Under the pieces are notes generated by a model, which ran no database searches, was not told the DNA's origin, and saw only the letters and a list, made by a program, of their open reading frames with translations. DNA of 64,000 nucleotides from the NCBI GenBank assembly GCA_965220675.1, contig OZ244837.1, forward strand, positions 2,421,814-2,485,813. The letters run 5' to 3'. Numbering within the stretch: the first letter of the stretch is position 1; every line of letters starts with the position of its first letter. This DNA is from Longimicrobiales bacterium. GTDB lineage: Bacteria > Gemmatimonadota > Gemmatimonadetes > Longimicrobiales > Gaopeijiaceae. Positions 37,951-47,793 of this stretch are shown piece after piece. The translations under genes and the position numbers were made by a program.

Positions 37951-39378
37951 TTGCGCCTCGCGCGAGCTGCCGTCCCGCCGGTCTGGGCGGCCTGCGCAAT
38001 CTGGACGGCCGGCTGCGGCAACGGCGCCACCGAGCCCTCCGACCCCGCACCGGAGACGCCGGCCACTCCCACCGTCGCATTCGCCAGCCGACTGGTCGGT
38101 GCGCCGGAGGGTGGTACTGCCGTGCTGCCCCTGCGAGTCGCCCCGGCCCCCGAATCACCCGTCACGCTCGGCTACACCATCGGCGTTGACCAGGACGCCA
38201 CGACCGACGACGCGGACAGCGCGGACTACGCCGGCGATTCCGGCAGCACGGTGCGAATCGGCGCGGGCGACACGATCGCGGCCATCGAACTCGACATCAA
38301 CGACGACGACGATATCGAGCCGGCGCGCGAGATCCTGAGCGTCCTGCTGGACGCGCCCGCGCCCGACGCCGGATACCTTCTCGGCTCGCCGGGCACGGCA
38401 CAGGTCGTGATCGAGGAAGGCGTGTGCGACCGCACACCCAGGATACAGGAAGAGATCCTCGGCGTCGCGGGCTTCGGCCACTGTGTGGAACCCAGCCGGG
38501 AGAATCTGGCGGGAATAACCGCTCTCGAACTCTGCAATCGCAGGGAATGGCCTCTGTGCCGGCGCGAGGACGCGGTCATCCCCACGCTGCGCCAGGGCGA
38601 TTTTCAGGGCCTGTCACAGCTTCAACGGCTCACCCTGGCCGGCGTCGGCCTGACCGAGCTGTCGGAGGGCGTCTTCGCGGACCTTGTCGGACTCGAGAGA
38701 CTCCTGCTGGCAAACAACCGGTTGACCTGGCTCCCGGAGCGCGTGTTCTCCGGGCTGGAGAGACTGGGCAGTCTGAACCTTGCAGACAACGGACTTGCCG
38801 AACTGCCGGTGGGGCTGTTCTCGGGTCTGTCCAACCTGTTGTGGCTGGAACTCAGCGGGAATCCGGTCAAGAAGCTTCCACCCGCTGTCTTCAGCGGCCT
38901 CACCAACCTCTCCGGGCTGCTGATGGTGAGCGGCCACCTCACCGACCTGCCGCCGGGGCTCTTCGTCGGCCTGTCGAAACTGCGCGCCCTCGACCTCAGC
39001 GCCAACCCGGGAAGCCCATTCGGGCTGCCCGTGCAGCTCAGGCGTATCGACGACGATGACCTGCAGGCCCCCGGGCCCGCGGAGGTGGCCGCAAGCGTGG
39101 AGCAGGGCGCACCTTACTCGATGGAAGTCATCCTCTTCACTCAGGGCGTCGGCCCGTCGGTCGACACGCTCGACATCGAGGCCGGCAGCGTGCTCAGCAC
39201 CATGGTCACCGTCACGCACGACACAGCGAACACCGAGGGCACGCGCATCACCATGCGTTCCGTGTCCGCGTTGCCGGACGACTACCGGGGCATCGAACTC
39301 CACACGGGGAATCCCATCGTGCTGTTCGCGCGGCCGTCGCCCGGCCTGACCGCCCAAATGCAAGGGAGAAAGAAATGA
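37951..39378 (+). CDS. Lipoprotein with a Calx-beta-like domain and leucine-rich repeats
   Basis: It has a lipobox (WTAGC). The Calx-beta-like segment is GTAVLPLRV...DYAG..VRIGAGDTIAAIELDINDDDDIEP. At least 7 LRRs follow (LxxLxLxxNxLxxLPxxxFxGL). It has a TTG start. Confidence 0.7.
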   Translation: MRLARAAVPPVWAACAIWTAGCGNGATEPSDPAPETPATPTVAFASRLVGAPEGGTAVLPLRVAPAPESPVTLGYTIGVDQDATTDDADSADYAGDSGSTVRIGAGDTIAAIELDINDDDDIEPAREILSVLLDAPAPDAGYLLGSPGTAQVVIEEGVCDRTPRIQEEILGVAGFGHCVEPSRENLAGITALELCNRREWPLCRREDAVIPTLRQGDFQGLSQLQRLTLAGVGLTELSEGVFADLVGLERLLLANNRLTWLPERVFSGLERLGSLNLADNGLAELPVGLFSGLSNLLWLELSGNPVKKLPPAVFSGLTNLSGLLMVSGHLTDLPPGLFVGLSKLRALDLSANPGSPFGLPVQLRRIDDDDLQAPGPAEVAASVEQGAPYSMEVILFTQGVGPSVDTLDIEAGSVLSTMVTVTHDTANTEGTRITMRSVSALPDDYRGIELHTGNPIVLFARPSPGLTAQMQGRKK

Positions 39379-40787
39379 AGAACGCAAGACTGTTGCGGGT
39401 GCGATGGCTGGCCGTGGCCGCTCCGACGTTCTGCCTGGCCGGCTGCTCCTCCGCGGGGTTCGTCGATCCGGCGGCCGACCTGGTCGTCTACAACGTGCGT
39501 GTGTGGGACGGCACCGGAGCGGAGGTCACCCCTCCCTCGGTCCTGCAAATGGGCGGTGGCAGAATCCTGTCGTTGGAGCCCGTGGCCGGTGACGCCGACA
39601 TTGCGACGGCCGCCGAAGCGTCCGGCGTCCCCGCCATCGATGCGACCGGACAGTTCATCATCCCCGGCCTCATCAACACGCACGGCCACGTTGGAGGCAC
39701 GTGGATCCCCGGCACCGAGGTGGAGTACGGCGCCTACGCCGCCGCAGAACTCGCCCGGTACGCGCGTTTCGGGGTCGTGACGGTGGCGAGCCTGGGGGGA
39801 GACCGCGAGGCGTCGTTCGCACTCCGGGACGCGAGCTGGGGCGACGGAGCGGCCGCGGGTGCCGACGCGGCCGCGGGTGTCGAGGCGGCTGCCGGTGCCG
39901 GCGCAGCCCCCGGTTCCGCCGCGGCCGCCCCATCCCGCGCGCGCCTTCTCGTCGCCGGCCCGGTCGTGACCGGCAACACGCCCGAGGCAGCCGCCGAGCA
40001 GGTCGATGCCGTCGCCGCGATGGGCCCGGACTGGATCAAGATCCGGGTGGACGACAACCTCGGCGCCAGCACGAAGATGTCGCCGGAGACGTACGCGGCC
40101 GTGATCGCCCGCGCACGCGAACACGGTCTCCGGGTCGCGTCGCATCTCTTCTACCAGGAGGACGCGAAGGGGCTGCTGCGGGCGGGGACAGGAATGGTCG
40201 CGCACAGCATCCGGGACGAGGCCGTCGACGACGAAACGATCGGCCTCTTTCACGAGACCGGCGTGTGCTACGTGCCGACCCTCACGCGCGAGGTGTCGAC
40301 CTACGCCTATGGCGAGCGCCCCACCTTCTTCGACGACCCTTTCCTCATGTCCGATGTCGATTCGGCGCAGGTTGCGAGGGTCAGCGACCCCGAACAGCAG
40401 GCCCGCGTGAGGGCGTCGGGCGCCGCCGAGGCGTACGGACGCGCGCTTGAGGTCGCGCAGGATAATCTGGCGCGGCTGGCCGAAGCCGGCGTGCCGATCG
40501 CCTTCGGCACCGACTCGGGGCCGCTCGGGCGCTTCCAGGGCTATTTCGAGCACATGGAGACGGAGCTGATGGCCGAGTCGGGCCTCTCCGCAGAACAGAT
40601 TCTGCGTTCCGCGACGGGCGTGGCCGCCGAGTGCCTGGGCAGGGACGACATCGGGACCCTGGAGCCGGGACGGCGCGCCGACTTCGTGATCCTGCGGGCG
40701 AACCCGCTCGAGGATATCGCGAACCTGCGCGAGATCGCGGGCGTGTGGATCGGGGGGCGGCAGGTGGAGGCGTCGAGCAGGTTCTGA
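39375..40787 (+). CDS. Amidohydrolase-family metallohydrolase lipoprotein
   Basis: It has a lipobox (CLAGC) and the HxH motif GLINTHGHVGG, followed later by AHS and GTDSG segments. There is an ATGA overlap with the upstream gene. Confidence 0.75.
   Translation: MKNARLLRVRWLAVAAPTFCLAGCSSAGFVDPAADLVVYNVRVWDGTGAEVTPPSVLQMGGGRILSLEPVAGDADIATAAEASGVPAIDATGQFIIPGLINTHGHVGGTWIPGTEVEYGAYAAAELARYARFGVVTVASLGGDREASFALRDASWGDGAAAGADAAAGVEAAAGAGAAPGSAAAAPSRARLLVAGPVVTGNTPEAAAEQVDAVAAMGPDWIKIRVDDNLGASTKMSPETYAAVIARAREHGLRVASHLFYQEDAKGLLRAGTGMVAHSIRDEAVDDETIGLFHETGVCYVPTLTREVSTYAYGERPTFFDDPFLMSDVDSAQVARVSDPEQQARVRASGAAEAYGRALEVAQDNLARLAEAGVPIAFGTDSGPLGRFQGYFEHMETELMAESGLSAEQILRSATGVAAECLGRDDIGTLEPGRRADFVILRANPLEDIANLREIAGVWIGGRQVEASSRF
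39849..39902 (+). repeat. Three imperfect 18-bp in-frame tandem repeats (AAAGAD/AAAGVE/AAAGAG)
   Basis: The units are gcggccgcgggtgccgac, gcggccgcgggtgtcgag and gcggctgccggtgccggc. They lie inside the amidohydrolase gene. Confidence 0.7.
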
Positions 40788-40846
40788 AGGGACACGGACG
40801 GGCGCAACCCCTGTTCCGCGCGTGCTCCCGGCTTATCCTTGTCCCC

Positions 40847-41656
40847 ATGCCACTACTCGAAGTTCGCGACCTTTCCCTGCGTTTCGGCGGCGTCACGGCG
40901 CTCGCCGGGCTTGACATGGAGGTGCGGCAGGGAGAGCTCCTCGCGCTGATCGGCCCGAACGGGGCGGGGAAGACCAGCGTGCTGAACTGCATCTCCGGTC
41001 TGTACCGCGCGCAGGAGGGGACGATCACCCTGACGGACCGTGAAGGCGTCGGGCACGCTCTCCACCGTCTCCCGCCGCACCGGGTCGCCGCGCTGGGGGT
41101 GGCCCGCACCTTTCAGAACATCGAGCTGTTCAAGCACATGACCGTGCTCGAAAACCTCATGCTGGGCCGGCATGTGCACATGAAGGGCGGTGTGCTCAGC
41201 GGCGGCCTCTATCTGGGCCGCCAGCGCCGCCGCGAGATCGAGCACCGCAGGTATGTGGAGCGCGTGGTCGACTTCATGAACCTGGAACCGCTGCGCAGCG
41301 CCGAGGTGGGAAGCCTGCCGTACGGGAACCAGAGGCTCGTGGAGATGGCGCGTGCGCTCGCGCTCGACCCCTCCCTCCTGCTGCTGGACGAACCCACGGC
41401 CGGGATGAACGCCGAGGAGAAGGAGTCGATGGCGCGCTTCATCCTCGACGTGCACGAGGAGTGGGGCGTTACGGTCGTGGTGATCGACCACGACATCGAC
41501 GTGATCATGGACATTTCGGACCGGGTGATCGTCCTCGACTTCGGGCGGCGGATCGCCGAGGGGACGCCGGGGGAGGTGAGGGAGGATCCCGCCGTGATCG
41601 ATGCCTATCTGGGGCACGCGCGGGAACAGGATGCGACGGTGGGGGCCGGGGCATGA
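40847..41656 (+). CDS. Branched-chain-amino-acid-type ABC transporter ATP-binding protein (LivG-like)
   Basis: It has LLEVRDLSLRFGGVTAL, Walker A GPNGAGKTS, LLLLDEPTAGMN and the C-terminal LivG-type extension. The ATG is at 40847. Confidence 0.85.
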   Translation: MPLLEVRDLSLRFGGVTALAGLDMEVRQGELLALIGPNGAGKTSVLNCISGLYRAQEGTITLTDREGVGHALHRLPPHRVAALGVARTFQNIELFKHMTVLENLMLGRHVHMKGGVLSGGLYLGRQRRREIEHRRYVERVVDFMNLEPLRSAEVGSLPYGNQRLVEMARALALDPSLLLLDEPTAGMNAEEKESMARFILDVHEEWGVTVVVIDHDIDVIMDISDRVIVLDFGRRIAEGTPGEVREDPAVIDAYLGHAREQDATVGAGA

Positions 41657-43593
41657 GCGATACCCTGCCGGGCCTGCTCGCCCGACACGCCGCAAACGCG
41701 CCGCACGGTGTCGCCCTTCGCGAAAAGGAGTTCGGGATCTGGCAGGAGACGACCTGGGCCGGGTACCTGGCGCGGGTACGGTCGTTCTCGCTGGGACTGC
41801 TCGACCTCGGCGTGGACAAGGGCGACCGGATCGCGATCATCGGCGACAACCGCCCCGAGTGGGTGATCGGGGAGCTCGCGGCCCAGTCGATCGGGGCACT
41901 CCCACTGGGCCTCTACCAGGACTCGATCCCGGCCGAGTTGGAGAAGATGCTGCAGGCCGCCGACGCCCGGATGGTCATCGCCGAGGACCAGGAGCAGGTC
42001 GACAAGGTGCTCGAGGTGCGGGACCGGGTCCCGGGCCTGCAGCACATCGTGTACTACGACCCGCGCGGCATGTACGGCTACCGGGTGCAGGGCCTGATGG
42101 CCTTTGAAGAGGTCGAAGGGCTCGGCGACCGGCGCCGCGACAGATTCCCTGGAGAATTTGACCAGAAATCCGCCGAAATCGGTGCCGAAGACACCGCGCT
42201 CCTGTGCACGACCTCGGGCACGACGAGCATCCCGAAGCTCGCGATGCTCTCGCACGCGAACCTGCTGGCCATGGCGGCGCAGCTCTGCGATGTCGACCCC
42301 ATGAAGCCCGGCGACGAATTCGTCTCCTTTCTGCCGATGGCATGGATCGGCGAGCAGATGGTCGGCGTCGCGAGCGCGCTCCTGGCGGGGTTCACGGTCA
42401 ACTTCCCGGAAGAGACGGCGACGGTTCGCCAGGACATGCGCGAGATCGGCCCCGCCTTCCTGATGTCGCCCCCGCGCATCTGGGAGAACATGGTCTCCGA
42501 CGTGCAGGTCATGGCCGAAGACGCCACCCCGCTCAAGCGCCGCGTCTACAGGTGGGCGATGAGGGAAGGAGCGGTTGCCGCCGAAGCTCGCGCCCATGGC
42601 GCGCGACCCGGCCTCCCGGCCCGAATTCGCCACCGCATCGCCGACTGGACGGTCTTCCACCCCATCCGCGACCAGCTCGGGCTCAACCGCGTGCAGCGCG
42701 CATACACCGGCGGCGCGGCGCTCGGTCCCGATGTCTTCCGGTTCTTTCACGCGATCGGCGTGAACCTGAAGCAGCTCTACGGCCAGACCGAGGTCTCGGG
42801 GATCTCGGTGGTCCACCGCGACGGCGATATCCGGTTCCACACGGTCGGCACGCCCTTCCCGCAGACCGACATCCGTATTTCGGACGAAGGGGAGATCCTC
42901 TGCCGCAGCCCCGCCGTCTTCCAGGGGTACTTCCGCAACCCGCAGGCAACCGCCGAGACCCTCGAGAACGGCTGGCTGCACTCCGGCGACGCCGGCTACT
43001 TCGAAGACGACGGTCACCTGGTGGTCATCGACCGGCTGGCCGACGTCATGAAGCTGCCCGACGGCACGAACTTTTCGCCCCAGTTCGTCGAGAACAAGCT
43101 CAAGTTCAGCCCCTACGTCCGCGAGGCCGTGGTCTTCGGCGGCGGCGGCGCGCCGTTCGTCACCACGATGATCGCGATCGACATGGAGAACGCGGGGCAA
43201 TGGGCGGAACGCCACCGCATACCGTACACCACCTTTACGGACCTGGCTCGCCGCGCGGAGGTCTACCGGCTCATCCGCAGCCATGTCAGGAGCGTCAACG
43301 ATGATCTTCCGAAGGCCGCCCGCATCCGCCGCTTCCTCCTCCTCCACAAGGAACTGCACGCGGACGACGCGGAGCTGACCCGTACGCGCAAGGTACGCCG
43401 CCGCTACATCGCGGACCGTTTCGGGGACATCATCGCCGCCCTGCAAGGGGATGGGGACGCGATCCCGGTGACCACCGAGATCACATACCAGGACGGCCGC
43501 ACGGCGGACGTCACGCACGAACTCCGCATCGAGACGCTGGGGTCTCCGGGCGCGTCCGACGCACCGGCCACCGACGGGGCGGGGGCCCGCTGA
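41653..43593 (+). CDS. AMP-dependent synthetase/ligase (long-chain acyl-CoA synthetase-like)
   Basis: The AMP-binding motif is TSGTTSIPK, followed by GQTE, GWLHSGDAGY and KVRRR. There is an ATGA overlap with the LivG-like gene. Confidence 0.85.
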   Translation: MSDTLPGLLARHAANAPHGVALREKEFGIWQETTWAGYLARVRSFSLGLLDLGVDKGDRIAIIGDNRPEWVIGELAAQSIGALPLGLYQDSIPAELEKMLQAADARMVIAEDQEQVDKVLEVRDRVPGLQHIVYYDPRGMYGYRVQGLMAFEEVEGLGDRRRDRFPGEFDQKSAEIGAEDTALLCTTSGTTSIPKLAMLSHANLLAMAAQLCDVDPMKPGDEFVSFLPMAWIGEQMVGVASALLAGFTVNFPEETATVRQDMREIGPAFLMSPPRIWENMVSDVQVMAEDATPLKRRVYRWAMREGAVAAEARAHGARPGLPARIRHRIADWTVFHPIRDQLGLNRVQRAYTGGAALGPDVFRFFHAIGVNLKQLYGQTEVSGISVVHRDGDIRFHTVGTPFPQTDIRISDEGEILCRSPAVFQGYFRNPQATAETLENGWLHSGDAGYFEDDGHLVVIDRLADVMKLPDGTNFSPQFVENKLKFSPYVREAVVFGGGGAPFVTTMIAIDMENAGQWAERHRIPYTTFTDLARRAEVYRLIRSHVRSVNDDLPKAARIRRFLLLHKELHADDAELTRTRKVRRRYIADRFGDIIAALQGDGDAIPVTTEITYQDGRTADVTHELRIETLGSPGASDAPATDGAGAR

Positions 43594-43596
43594 GCC

Positions 43597-44469
43597 ATGG
43601 ACGTCTTCCTCCAGCTCACGGTCTCCGGACTGAGCACCGGCATGATCTATGCCCTGGCCGCGGCCGGGTTCGTGGTCATCTACAAGGCCAGCGACGTCAT
43701 CAACTTCGCTCAGGGCGACTTTCTGCTGTTCGGCACCTACCTCATCTTCTTCGCCGTAGCCCAGACCGGACTTCCGTGGAGCCTCGGGGTTCTTGTCACG
43801 GTGTTGCTGGCGGTTGCCGTGGCGCTGGCCATCGAACGGCTGGTGCTGCGCCCGCTGATCGGCGAGCCCATCATCTCCATGATCATGGTGACGATCGGAC
43901 TCTCATCGGTCCTGCGCGCCGCCGTCAACGCGATCTGGGGCCCCGCCCCGCGCGCGTTCGAGTCGTTCCTCCCTGCTGGGGATGTCGCCCTGGGCCCGGT
44001 CATGCTGTCCTCGGGGCGGCTCCTGTCGATCCCGATCGCGCTGGCGGTTCTGGCCGCGCTGTGGCTCTTCTTCCGGCACACGCGCGACGGGATCGCCATG
44101 CGCGCCATCGCCGACGATCAGCAGGCCGCGCTGAGCATGGGGATCAGCATCCCGCGCGTCTTCGGGGTCGCCTGGGGGCTGGCGGCGGCGTCGGCCGCGA
44201 TCGGCGGCATCATGCTCGCCAGCATCGTCGGAGTCAGCCCGAATGTGGCTTCGATCGGGCTCAGGGTCTTCCCGGTGGTGATCCTGGGAGGACTCGATTC
44301 GATCCGGGGGGCGGTGATCGGCGGCGCGATCATCGGTCTGCTGGAGGTCTACACCGGTGGGTACGTCGGCCACGGGCTCAGCCTCGTGGTACCGTACGTC
44401 GTCCTGGTTCTGGTGCTGATGATCCGTCCGTACGGCCTCTTCGGGAAGGAGATCATCGAACGGGTATGA
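43597..44469 (+). CDS. Branched-chain-amino-acid-type ABC permease (LivH-like)
   Basis: The N-terminus MDVFLQLTVSGLSTGMIYALAAAGFVVIY and the polytopic profile are typical of LivH. Confidence 0.85.
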   Translation: MDVFLQLTVSGLSTGMIYALAAAGFVVIYKASDVINFAQGDFLLFGTYLIFFAVAQTGLPWSLGVLVTVLLAVAVALAIERLVLRPLIGEPIISMIMVTIGLSSVLRAAVNAIWGPAPRAFESFLPAGDVALGPVMLSSGRLLSIPIALAVLAALWLFFRHTRDGIAMRAIADDQQAALSMGISIPRVFGVAWGLAAASAAIGGIMLASIVGVSPNVASIGLRVFPVVILGGLDSIRGAVIGGAIIGLLEVYTGGYVGHGLSLVVPYVVLVLVLMIRPYGLFGKEIIERV

Positions 44470-44476
44470 GCGCGTC

Positions 44477-45535
44477 ATGAGCCTCGAGTGCGGCGTCTTC
44501 CACACACGCTACGAGTCCGACATGGGACTGCGGCCGCGGCCCACGCAGCGGATCCGGCTGGCGGCGTTTGCTGCTGTCGTGCTCGTGTTCCCGTTCGTGG
44601 CCGGACCCTACTGGCTGGATCTGGCCAACCAGGTCGCCATCGCGACGGTCGGTGCGATCGGCCTGAACATCCTGGTGGGCTACACCGGGCAGATCTCGCT
44701 GGGACAGGGCGCCTTCATGGCCATCGGGGCATACACGGCGGGGCTGCTCACCCTGAACCTCGGTCTGCCGTGGGGCGTGAGCATCGCGCTCGCGTGTGTC
44801 CTGACCTCGGTGGCGGGCACCTTCTTCGGGCTGCCGTCGCTGCGGCTCAAGGGACTGTACCTGGCGATCGCGACGCTGGCGGCCCAGGAGATCGTCGAGT
44901 GGGCGATGACCCACTGGACCGCCGTGACCGGCGGCACCGAGGCGCTCGTGCTGCCCGCCCCGAGTCTCTTCGGCGTGCGGCTCAACAGCACCTTCAACTT
45001 CTACTGGTTCGGGGTGGCGATGGCGGCCGGCACGGCGCTGTTCGCGGCCAATCTCTTCCGCACGCGCATGGGGCGAGCCTTCGTGGCGGTGCGCGACCAG
45101 GACATCGCGGCCAGCGTGATCGGCGTCAACCTCTTTCGCACGAAGCTGCTGGCCTTCGCGACATCGTCGTTCTTCGTCGGTCTCGCCGGAGCGATGATCG
45201 CGTACTACCGCACCATCATCACCTGGGAGCGTTTCACACTGGATACGAGCATCGTCTACCTGGCCATGATCATCGTAGGGGGACTCGGCTCGATCCGGGG
45301 GTCGTTCTTCGGCGCGGCGCTGATCACGCTGCTGCCGGCGCTGATCACCAACGCGGGGCGCGCGCTCCAGGACACCGCCCCGGTGGTCGCGAACCTGCTG
45401 CCCTACGCGCAGCAGGCCGTCTTCGGGGTCGTGATCATTCTCTTCCTGATCTTCGAGCCCAAGGGCCTGTCCAAACTGTGGGGCAACGTGAAGGACTATT
45501 TCCACGTGTGGCCGTTCGCGTACCGGCGGGGTTGA
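44477..45535 (+). CDS. Branched-chain-amino-acid-type ABC permease (LivM-like)
   Basis: GYTGQISLGQGAFMAIGAYTA is the LivM hallmark. The protein is polytopic. Confidence 0.85.
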   Translation: MSLECGVFHTRYESDMGLRPRPTQRIRLAAFAAVVLVFPFVAGPYWLDLANQVAIATVGAIGLNILVGYTGQISLGQGAFMAIGAYTAGLLTLNLGLPWGVSIALACVLTSVAGTFFGLPSLRLKGLYLAIATLAAQEIVEWAMTHWTAVTGGTEALVLPAPSLFGVRLNSTFNFYWFGVAMAAGTALFAANLFRTRMGRAFVAVRDQDIAASVIGVNLFRTKLLAFATSSFFVGLAGAMIAYYRTIITWERFTLDTSIVYLAMIIVGGLGSIRGSFFGAALITLLPALITNAGRALQDTAPVVANLLPYAQQAVFGVVIILFLIFEPKGLSKLWGNVKDYFHVWPFAYRRG

Positions 45536-45616
45536 CGGCGCGTCAACTTTCCGAGCGGGGGGGCCAGTCCCTATCTTCCATGGTGTATTCGCCTCCCTTC
45601 ATCCCATGACTCAGGC

Positions 45617-47233
45617 GTGTCAATGGCTAACCGATCCATCACAGCGGCCCTGGCCGCCCTTCTCGTCACTCCGGCAGCCTCGGTCGGACAGGGCGTGTCC
45701 GACGAGCAACTGGAGCCCCTCGTAACCCGTGTCGAAGAGGGTGTTCTCGACCGCGCCAAGCTCGCCCAGGTCATGGTCGACAAGATCTTCTCCTTCTCCG
45801 AACTGGGGCAGCAGGAGATCGAGACCTCGGCGTACGTCACCGGGATCCTGGAGGAGAACGGATTCACGATCGAGCGGGAGCCGTCGGGCATTCCGACCGC
45901 CTGGTTCGCGCGCTGGGGCAGCGGCAGGCCGGTGATCTCCTTCGGGTCGGACATCGACGGGATTCCGAAGGCGAACCAGAAGCCGGGTGTGGCGTACCAC
46001 GATCCCCTGATTCCGGGTGCGCCCGGCCATGGCGAGGGACACAACTCCGGTCAGGCCGTGAACGTGGTGGCGGCGCTCGCACTGAAGGATGTGATGGAGG
46101 CCGAGGGCATCCAGGGCACGCTGGTGCTGTGGCCGGGGGTCGCCGAGGAGCAGCTGGCGTCGAAGGCCTGGTATGTGCGCGACGGCTACCTGGAGGACAT
46201 CGACGTCACCCTGTTCACCCACGTCAGCAGCAATCTGTCGGTAAGCTGGGGCCAGGGTGGCGGGACCGGGCTCGTTTCCGTGGAGTTCAGCTTCGAGGGC
46301 GAGGCGGCGCACGGAGCGGGCGCTCCCTGGCGCGGCCGCAGCGCGCTGGACGCGGTCGAGCTGATGAACGTCGCCTGGAACTTCCGGCGCGAGCACCTGC
46401 GCCCCGACCAGCGCTCCCACTACGTGATCAGCGACGGCGGGGACCAGCCCAACGTGGTGCCGTCACGGGCGTCGGTGTGGTACTTCATCCGCGAGATGGA
46501 CTACGAGGACATCAAGCGCAACTTCGACACGGCCATCCGCATCGCCGAGGGCGCGGCCATGATGACCGACACCGAGATGTCGTACCGGATCATCGGAACA
46601 GCCTGGCCGCGGCACTTCAACAAGGTTGTGGCCGAGACCATGTACGAGCACATCCAGGATGTCGGACTCCCCGAGTGGACCGACGACGACCACGATTTCG
46701 CGAGCGCGGTGCAGGAATCGGTCGGGAGCGTCCCGTCAGGGATGCCGACCGCGCTCTCGCAGCTCGGCACCCCGGGCCCGCGCCGGAGCGGCGGCTCCGA
46801 CGACATCGGCGACATCTCCTGGAACGTGCCCACGGTCACCCTGCGCTTCCCGTCGAACGTGCCGGGCCTGCCCGGCCACCACTGGTCGAGCGCCATGGCG
46901 ATGGCCACCCCCATCGCGCACAAGGGGGCGGTTGCGGGCGCCCGCGTGATGGCCCGCACCGCGCTCCAGCTCTTCGCCCAGCCGGAGTTGGTGGATCAGG
47001 CCTGGACGTACTTCCGGGAGGACCAGACCGCCGGTGTCGAGTACATTCCATTCCTCGGGCCCGACGACGCGCCGCCCATCGACCTCAACCGGGACATCAT
47101 GGACACGTTCCGTCCCCTGCTGGAGCAGTACTACTACGACGAGACCCGGTTCGAGACGTATCTTGAACAGTTGGGGATCAGGTACCCGACGCTTACGCGG
47201 CCGATTTCCGAGGATGACTGGGGATCGCGCTGA
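45617..47233 (+). CDS. M20-family amidohydrolase/peptidase (AbgB-like), secreted
   Basis: It has a signal-like N-terminus, the metal-ligand region PGHGEGHNSGQA and an M20 dimerisation-domain-like centre. The start is either the GTG at 45617 or the ATG at 45623. Confidence 0.7.
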   Translation: MSMANRSITAALAALLVTPAASVGQGVSDEQLEPLVTRVEEGVLDRAKLAQVMVDKIFSFSELGQQEIETSAYVTGILEENGFTIEREPSGIPTAWFARWGSGRPVISFGSDIDGIPKANQKPGVAYHDPLIPGAPGHGEGHNSGQAVNVVAALALKDVMEAEGIQGTLVLWPGVAEEQLASKAWYVRDGYLEDIDVTLFTHVSSNLSVSWGQGGGTGLVSVEFSFEGEAAHGAGAPWRGRSALDAVELMNVAWNFRREHLRPDQRSHYVISDGGDQPNVVPSRASVWYFIREMDYEDIKRNFDTAIRIAEGAAMMTDTEMSYRIIGTAWPRHFNKVVAETMYEHIQDVGLPEWTDDDHDFASAVQESVGSVPSGMPTALSQLGTPGPRRSGGSDDIGDISWNVPTVTLRFPSNVPGLPGHHWSSAMAMATPIAHKGAVAGARVMARTALQLFAQPELVDQAWTYFREDQTAGVEYIPFLGPDDAPPIDLNRDIMDTFRPLLEQYYYDETRFETYLEQLGIRYPTLTRPISEDDWGSR

Positions 47234-47258
47234 TAGATTCTGACAATCGGAGGTTCTG

Positions 47259-47762
47259 ATGAACGCAACCAGACGCAGACTTCTCTCCGGCGCAGTTGCC
47301 ATATTCCTGGTGCCCACTCTTGTCGGTGCCGGCGGTCATTCCAAGGCTGTCGCCGGGCCCGCAAACGACCCACCCTCGGTCGCACCGGCCGACGAGCCCA
47401 CCGAGGTGGGCTGGCGTCTTTTGGCCAAGCTCAACTACAGGACCGGCGAAAAGACCGAGGAGCTGGCTGCCCTGGAAGGCAAGCTGGTCAAGGTCCCCGG
47501 CTTCACCGTGCCGCTCGAGGACTTTGCCTCTTCGGCGACGGAATTCCTGCTGGTGCCTTACGTGGGCGCCTGCATCCACACACCGCCTCCCCCGCCCAAC
47601 CAGCTCGTCTACATCCAGATGGACGAGGGCAAGCGCGCGAAGATGGACGGCTGGAATCCGGTGTGGGTCGAGGGCGTGCTGACGATCGAGATGACGGAGA
47701 GCATCTACGGCCACGTGGGCTTCACCATAACCGGCCAGCGAGTGTACCCGTACGAGGCCTGA
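47259..47762 (+). CDS. DUF3299 domain protein (ZrgD-like), copy 1
   Basis: It has a Tat/Sec-like N-terminus and the conserved LLVPYVGACIHTPPPPPNQLVY. GGAGG lies upstream of the ATG. Confidence 0.75.
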   Translation: MNATRRRLLSGAVAIFLVPTLVGAGGHSKAVAGPANDPPSVAPADEPTEVGWRLLAKLNYRTGEKTEELAALEGKLVKVPGFTVPLEDFASSATEFLLVPYVGACIHTPPPPPNQLVYIQMDEGKRAKMDGWNPVWVEGVLTIEMTESIYGHVGFTITGQRVYPYEA

Positions 47763-47793
47763 TGGGCGAACGGGCCGCGCGCGAGGGCCACGG

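Noticed and set aside
41605-43518. A 637-aa ORF antisense to the acyl-CoA ligase gene. The same applies to similar long antisense ORFs at 9213-10649, 11037-12551, 13157-14827, 14843-16747, 17454-19145, 20723-22246, 23961-25496, 26756-28519 and 48195-49718.
   Set aside because: Each lies opposite a gene with strong family motifs and has the Arg/Gly/Pro/Ala-biased composition expected from reading GC-rich codons in reverse. None has catalytic or structural motifs.
47231-47250. TGATAGATTCTGACAATC just before DUF3299 copy 1, considered as a third Fur-family box
   Set aside because: It shares only TGATA and ATTCT with the other two sites, and the arm spacing and palindromy do not match. It overlaps the M20 stop codon only ~10 nt from the next start, a poor position for an operator.
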